Shown here in pieces: positions 54,917 to 62,335 of a DNA stretch of 64,000 nucleotides. Location: positions 5,146,001 through 5,210,000 of the forward strand of contig OX597835.1 in the NCBI GenBank assembly GCA_951406725.2. Direction: 5' to 3'. The notes below the pieces were generated by a model that was given only the letters and a program-made list of their open reading frames with translations, did not search any database and was not told the origin of the DNA. This stretch comes from Octopus vulgaris. Taxonomy: Eukaryota. Each line of letters starts with the position of its first letter. The stretch's first letter is position 1. The position numbers were made by a program, and so were the translations under genes.

Positions 54917-56973
54917 TTTGTTTTCCTTGTACTTCAAGTTTCACACTACTGCAATCTTTAGGCAGGAACTGTTTTCTTTTATATTTGTAAAAGCGAACAA
55001 GTTACTCGTGTGCATGTGTGATTTAACAAATACAAAGAATAACATTTCTAGGCTAACAGGATATGACACCGCTGACCCTTAACTTACAACCACTAAACCA
55101 TAAAAGAAGAAACTATTTCATCAAAGCAATTTAATCAAAGTGATTACCAATAAATTAAAAAAATAAGACAATAAAAAGATAAACAACAAAGCAACATTAG
55201 AAATCAATATATTTACATTAAATACAGGAACGTTGAAAGAGTTATATATTTATAGAGAACTGCCTTCAGTGATCAATATTATCTTAATTAACTATCAATT
55301 GCAGTTCTTGTGTAATTATTTGTATTGTGAAAGGAAATATGATTTATTGTTTTATTATTGTAGGGTTAAAAAGGAAAACACTTTGTTTAATGGATATTGC
55401 CCAGAAGCTAACCAAACTATGTCGCAGGAAGTTTACTGTCATTGTGTTGAGAGTGAGGAATCAGTGTGTGGCGCAAATATGGATGTTGTTAACTGTGGAG
55501 ACTTTTCAAAACGAAAGTCTAAAGGTAAATGAAAATTACCAACTTTTCACCTATAAACACAATTTTGCTGCTGATAAAGTAATTTGGTGTAGTGATAATG
55601 CAGGTACCATAGACATTCCCCCACACACACATACACTTACTAAACATAGACACACACAGGGATATACGCATACGCAAATAAAGACACATGCAACAGGAAT
55701 ACAAAATGGCAAATCGTTAGTAAGGAGAGACACAAAAATGAAAGAAAACAAAGGACCCCTAATGAGGTCACAGAAGTGTGATGAAAGTGCTCTGGCCGAA
55801 ATACAATCAATATAAAATAAAGCTGAAGCAAGTGAACACCAAATGCATAGTGTGTGTGTTTTCATTGGCTAAACTGGTAACATGACCATCCCCAAATACA
55901 ATATCTGTTTCAACACATGAATTCACATGAAGAATCCACATCAAGAATCTTGCGAAACGAATATATAATTTGGTATAGTTATCTGTAAAGTCAACTTTTT
56001 AGGGGGTGATCTTTGTCATTTTAATGAAGAAATGTCTACATAGTTATCGAAGACAAGAAATGATGGGGTGGTCATGGAAGATAGATTAATTGTCTTATCA
56101 GTGTTTATATACTAATATTGTAATGTAAAATATCTAATGGCGGTGCCCCAGCATGGCCACAGCTCAAGAGCTGAAACTGGAAAACATAAATAAACATAAC
56201 AATATTTCTGTTTTATGATGGGACTTTAAAGTGGAGATGAATTGGCAGAATCAAATAGGGCTCAATTAAATACCTGGTGGTATTTAGTTGCAACACTTTA
56301 TGTTTTGAATTCAAATCAATTCACATTTGACTTGGCTTTCCATCCACTGAAAATTGCCAAAACGAAATAGGATCAAGTTTAAATCTCTGTTGTATCATTA
56401 TATAAAACTACGAAAAATTATTTTTCTTCTTTAATTTTGAAATTGTAGGTGTCAAAGACTTGACATCGTCTTTGATTAAACATGCCGAAGAACCCAAGAA
56501 ATGCGAGAAGCTCCAACCACAAACAACTTTTGAATACAACGAGACATACGTTTCTGGGGTAAGTCCTCCTCAATATAACATACAAGATTTCTGGAATCGG
56601 TGTGTTCTTCTCTGGCTGATTTCCCACTCGAAATGTTCAAAGTAGTAGAAAATAGATAAAAAACATCTCTCTCACCACACTGCTATTGAATGCACAAATG
56701 AAACAGTAAAAGAGGAAGAAGATTTTATCATTTTTTTTTTTTCCTAATTCCTTTTATTTCATTTTAATTAAAAAATCATTTTGCAATGATAATAATCATG
56801 ATTTCTCTTGTAATGACCGACACTCCTATCAATTTCGATGTGTGCATGTTTGGAGGAAAAAAATTTTTTTTAAAAGAACAAAGGATTGGAACATAAAAGC
56901 TGCATCTACTTGTGATGGGATAATTAAAAAAATAATAATAAAACAACTCTACGTATGTGTGTGTGTGTGTGTG

Positions 56974-57047
<74 letters not shown>

Positions 57048-60000
57048 TGTGTGTGTGTGTGTAATAACTACAACAACTCTAACTGGTTTTGCCCCAAACT
57101 GACACACAAGTGTAACTTGATAATTATATTTTTTGTTCATTATTTTTTGAAATTATCCTATTTCTAAAAAAATATTTTTTCTTCCAAAAACTAAATCAAA
57201 TCTATCCATTTACAATCCCTCCTCATGGTTTTTCTTTTTTTCTTTTTTTTTCTGTCAGGATATATCCAGCAACATCACTTTAGAACAAGCCAGGACCTAC
57301 TGTCAAGAATTTATTATTATCACTGAGGTTGCTAAATCCATTCAGAAATTACCATCTATCTCTATACAGAATTTCATAGAATCTTGTACATCAGATTTAC
57401 ATGTAAGTAGCTTTCCACATCATCTTTTGTGTGTGTGTTACTTAATTAATTTTCTTAGCAATTAGCTTATTGTATGATGATGTCTTTTTTGTTGATTAAT
57501 GCCTCTGATTGAGTTAGACCTCTGATTAAATGAGTTCCATCCTTGACAATCCCATTTGTTCCCTATGCACAGTAAAACCAGGACCACTTAATACACATTC
57601 CTCAGCTTTCAATTCCAGTATCTATTTTGCTCTAAATAGGTTCCATGGTTAGTATAAATCCCCACACTGGTTTCAAGCAGCCTTGTTGAACTATTTGTGA
57701 TCTAGGTTCTAGGTATTGAGTCCTCAGGTTTTGAGTACTTTCTTCAATTTCCACAGTTTCTATATGTTTATTGTTTTGCCTTCCTTCTTGACTATTCCTG
57801 GGTCAAATTATTATTATTATTCAAATTCTGATGAGGTCAACTTAACCTTTCGTCCTTTCAGAGTAAATTAACTACCAGTGAAATACTGGGATCAGTGTAA
57901 TCACCTAGACCCCTTCCACTAAATTTCAGGCCTTGTAACTTTAGTAAAAAGGATTATTACTATTATTATTATTATTATTATCAAATTTCTTTTCTTCTTG
58001 TAGCTAACGGGTGATTTAGTTTGGAGAACAACAGCATTGTTGACTCTGAAGGAAGCAACGATGATAACCATCAAAACGGATGCTGAACTCTGGGAGAAAA
58101 CAGAAGAAGGAGATGTGAAACTGCCAACAAATTTCACCAAAGGACTCTGTCTCAATGACTGCAACAAACAAGGAAAATGTTTAGATGGTTGGTTATTTAT
58201 ATGTATTAAACCTGTTCCATTATATTTGTATTGTGATAATTCTGTCTCAAGCTGACAGACCTATTAGTTTAAGAGTTTATCTCAATTTCCATGATACTTA
58301 AGTAACTAATTGTCACCTGACTCTCCCACTCTGAATGGGGCACCAATCGGTCATTGAGTTAAACCCCACCCCACACCTGTCACTAATTCCCATTTTCAGC
58401 TGAGTCAACTGAGGCAATGAAAAAGTTTAGTGTCTTGCTGAAGGGCACACTATATCACTCAACTTACACATCACATTATAATTCAATAAAGAATTGAACC
58501 TCTGATCATCATCTTCATCAGGAGTCTAGATATTTGTACCATGCAAGTCGATAAGAGATAAGCGTCTGAGTGGATACTTGACCTGCAAGAAATAACAACC
58601 AAGTCTTCCTCAAATCACACTGTACCATCTTTAAAAAAAAAGAAGAGATCATTGGATAAATACATCCCTGATTCACTTTATCTGAAGAATCAAAACAAGA
58701 AGCAAAACTGTCTTGGAGAGAAACTGGAACCATGTGGTTCGTAAGGAAGTTACTTACCATGCAGCCACACCTAAAACCAACCTTCCCAAGCATTAAACTA
58801 ACTCACCTGTTTGCTGTTTATATACACCTGTCTTCATCTTTTGTCTTTCTGTAAATTCCAACTGTCAATTTAGCCATTTCTCAAGTGGCTGTCAATTTTG
58901 TTATTTCCCAAGTAGATGTGTCATAGAAAGTCAAAAAAAGTGTCGTGAATGTTAAGTTCAAGCTATTTCTTTCTCCTTTCCAGGTATCTGTCAGTGTTCG
59001 GAAGAGTTTGATGGAGCTGATTGTTCATTGAAGAAGACTGAACCACCAAAACTTATTCAGGACACTGTCCTCATTGATCTCCGACTGACGAAGATTCAAA
59101 TCGTAATAATTACTGGTACAGGATTCACTGACTCTGAAACCTTGATGTGCAAACTACAAGAGATGACTGTAAATATTCATTAAGTTTTTTATGCTTTTTT
59201 TATGTTGTTATTGGTGTTTCTTGTGTCATTTTTATGTAATAATTTTAAAATTATTTTTTAACTAATTGCATTTTTTAAATTATATTTTTATGCAATTTTA
59301 CTTTTTTCTGCTTTGAAATAATATTTTATAAAGGATTATATTATTTAGATAATTCTATATTTTGTTATTTCATTTTAGTTATTAAAGTTGCTAATGTATT
59401 TATTTAATTAACTTAATGATAGTCACTTTATTAATTTATTTCTTTTTTCTTTTTCGTTAACAGAAGGGTGCTGACAAATTTGTAGCTACAGGAAACTATA
59501 TTTTCATGAAAGCTGTTTATTCATCTGAAGAACAAGTTGAATGTCAAATACCATCAGCTAAAGTCTTTGAAGTTTCTGTAAGCAACGACAACGCCACCTG
59601 GTCCAATAGCTTTGTGGTTGTCACATTTAATTCACTTTGTGAAAAATGTACTGAAAAGCAATGTTCCTCAAGGGTAAGTGTACATTGACAATTCACTTTT
59701 AAACGTTTGTTCTTACCACTTATTGAGGGCCGTAAAATAATAAGTCCTGGTGACAACACAATTGGGTAAAAATGTTCAAAGACGCTTCTCCTGACATGGC
59801 TGTTGTTCCATGACTAAAACGGATGAAGAATGAAAACATCAAACAAATATGTAGCAGCACAAACAGCCAGCGCCATATTGGATGAGATTGGATGAGGCTG
59901 TGTGGTATGAGTGGAAAACTAAAGCACATCAAGTTATGTCCCCTTTATGTGAAAAAGATGCTTAACTTCTAGGAAATGGAAAATATTTTATTTATAACCA

Positions 60001-62280
60001 AATGTACTCATTCTTTCTTTCAGACTGACATCTGCAGAATTAACAATGAATGTTACGAAAACTTGGCTATAAATCCAAAGAATGCTTTATTGACTTGTAA
60101 TGTTTTAGTCTCCAAAAATTCATGGCAACCCATTGATGGTAATAAATGTTTAAACTATTTAATTTTATTGAATGAGAAACAAAGTAAATCCTTATGAATT
60201 TATGTTGCAAGATCCCTGATGTGAAACCGTGTTTTGAAACAAATATTGTTATATTTTGGGATGGTCATTATTTATTTATTTATTTTGCCAAATAAACACA
60301 CACCATATATTCATTCCTCACTCATTTATTAACTGTTCTTATTCTATCTTTTGTCCATTGCCCAGAAATCTTTTGTCACTCATCTGTGACCTCTTCAGCA
60401 ACCCTTCTGTCCATGTGTATCCTCCTGCTCTCTGCTTAGACCGTGGATGGAAAGAGTCACCAAATTATTCACAGATCTGTGACAAAAGATTTCTAGGACA
60501 TAAAATAGAATAAAAACAGTAATAAACAAGTGAAGGACGAATATATAGTGCATGTGTTTATTTGGCAAAAAAAAATGAAATTAAAATAACTAAATAAATA
60601 AAATGACTATCCCGAAATATAACAATAATGTAAATTTTCATTTTACTAAATAGCTATTTAGTAAAATATTCTCAATATAATTAATTCTTGATATATTTGA
60701 GCCCTGAGAAATAGTCTGCTCCATTAATTTGCACCAGATATTAGAGTTTAAAGGGCTATCTTCTAAGTTGTTAGATTTTCTCTGAAAGTTGTTGAGATAT
60801 TTTTATGATTAATTCAAAGCTGCAAGAAAAACTGCCAAAAAAGAAAGACGTATTTGTTTTAATCTTTAATATGCAAATTTAAAGAAACAGTTTAATTTTG
60901 TTTTTCTTTTTTTTTTTAACAAATTAAACCCTACTTATCTAATTCTTTCCTTCACAGTTAAGAAAATCCCAGTTATTCGACTCACCTTCCTGAAAATAAT
61001 ACGAAACATCATTATTACACCAACTTACAACCTGACTTTTACTGGAATCATCAAAATTGTACAAGGTCCTTTTGGTGGGGATGCTCTGTTGCTCGGTGGG
61101 ACTAACCAGTCCATTGACATGGGCAAAACATTGAAATGCTTCCGTGGCCAAGAAAACGAGTGTAATGGTGGATTTACGGTGAACTTCAATCTGAAGATAA
61201 TCACTTTGAAAGAGGACATGACAATTTTCGGTAACGGAGGTCGAGGACTGAATACTTCAGGAACAGCAATGTGGGTGTCGAAAGGCTTCTTGTTCCTCGC
61301 AATTAGCACAGCAGAAAGACAATGGGTTGTAAAGACAGACAAATTCCGTGCCGGAGTATTTATATCAATAACCTTCAGCTGGAGCCAACAAAATGGTTTG
61401 GTGTTGATGTTCAATAAAAAGATTGTTGCTAAGCAATCCATATTCATTAAGCGTGAAGTAATAGGTACTCCTGGAGGAAATCTTCTTGTAGGGACAACCA
61501 TTACAAAGAAATTCTTTGCTCACATTATCATTGGTAGCTGGACCATTACACATGCAACAATTGAAACTATTCAAGAAGCTGATATAAAGACTGGTTAGTA
61601 TATACTTTCACTCTTTCTCTCTCTCTGCTCTGAATATTACTTTTCTGCAAAGATATCAAAGATAAAACTCAATGTAGGTAAACCTCTTCGTAGTTTAAAT
61701 CCTCACTATGAAATAGATATAAATACATCTTGTTATTCCCTTTGCACAGGAAAAAGTTTTAAGAGTTAGAAGATTCCCTTTGCATGCTTCATCATCACTA
61801 ATTAGATGTTCATTAGAAGACAATTAGTCCTTGCTGTCTGTCCACAGAGAGAACTTATAGCTATCACCATTTATATCAAAATCACACCAGAACTTAACTA
61901 AGACAGCCAGTCTAATTTGCATAACATTCATTCATTAACATGAAGGCACATGGCCTAGTGGTTCAGGTGTTGTACTCACGGTCACTCTAATGTGGGTTCA
62001 ATTCCCAGACCAAGTGACGCATTGTGTTCTTGAGCAAAACACTTTGTTTCACATTGCTACAGTCCCCCTTTCAATCAATGGGTAATGTTGGCCTTCTTGC
62101 CTACCCAGAGGTGTGGGGGCCTTTCAAAGGCTATAATGCTATAATGATGCAAAGTACATTGTGACCAACGATGTGTAGCATCCAGTTGTCTGGTCACTCA
62201 CATGATCACATTCATTAGCAGTTTTATTAATTAAATAATAAATATTAGATGAAGAACATAATATACTTCAGGAATTTAAT

Positions 62281-62335
<55 letters not shown>

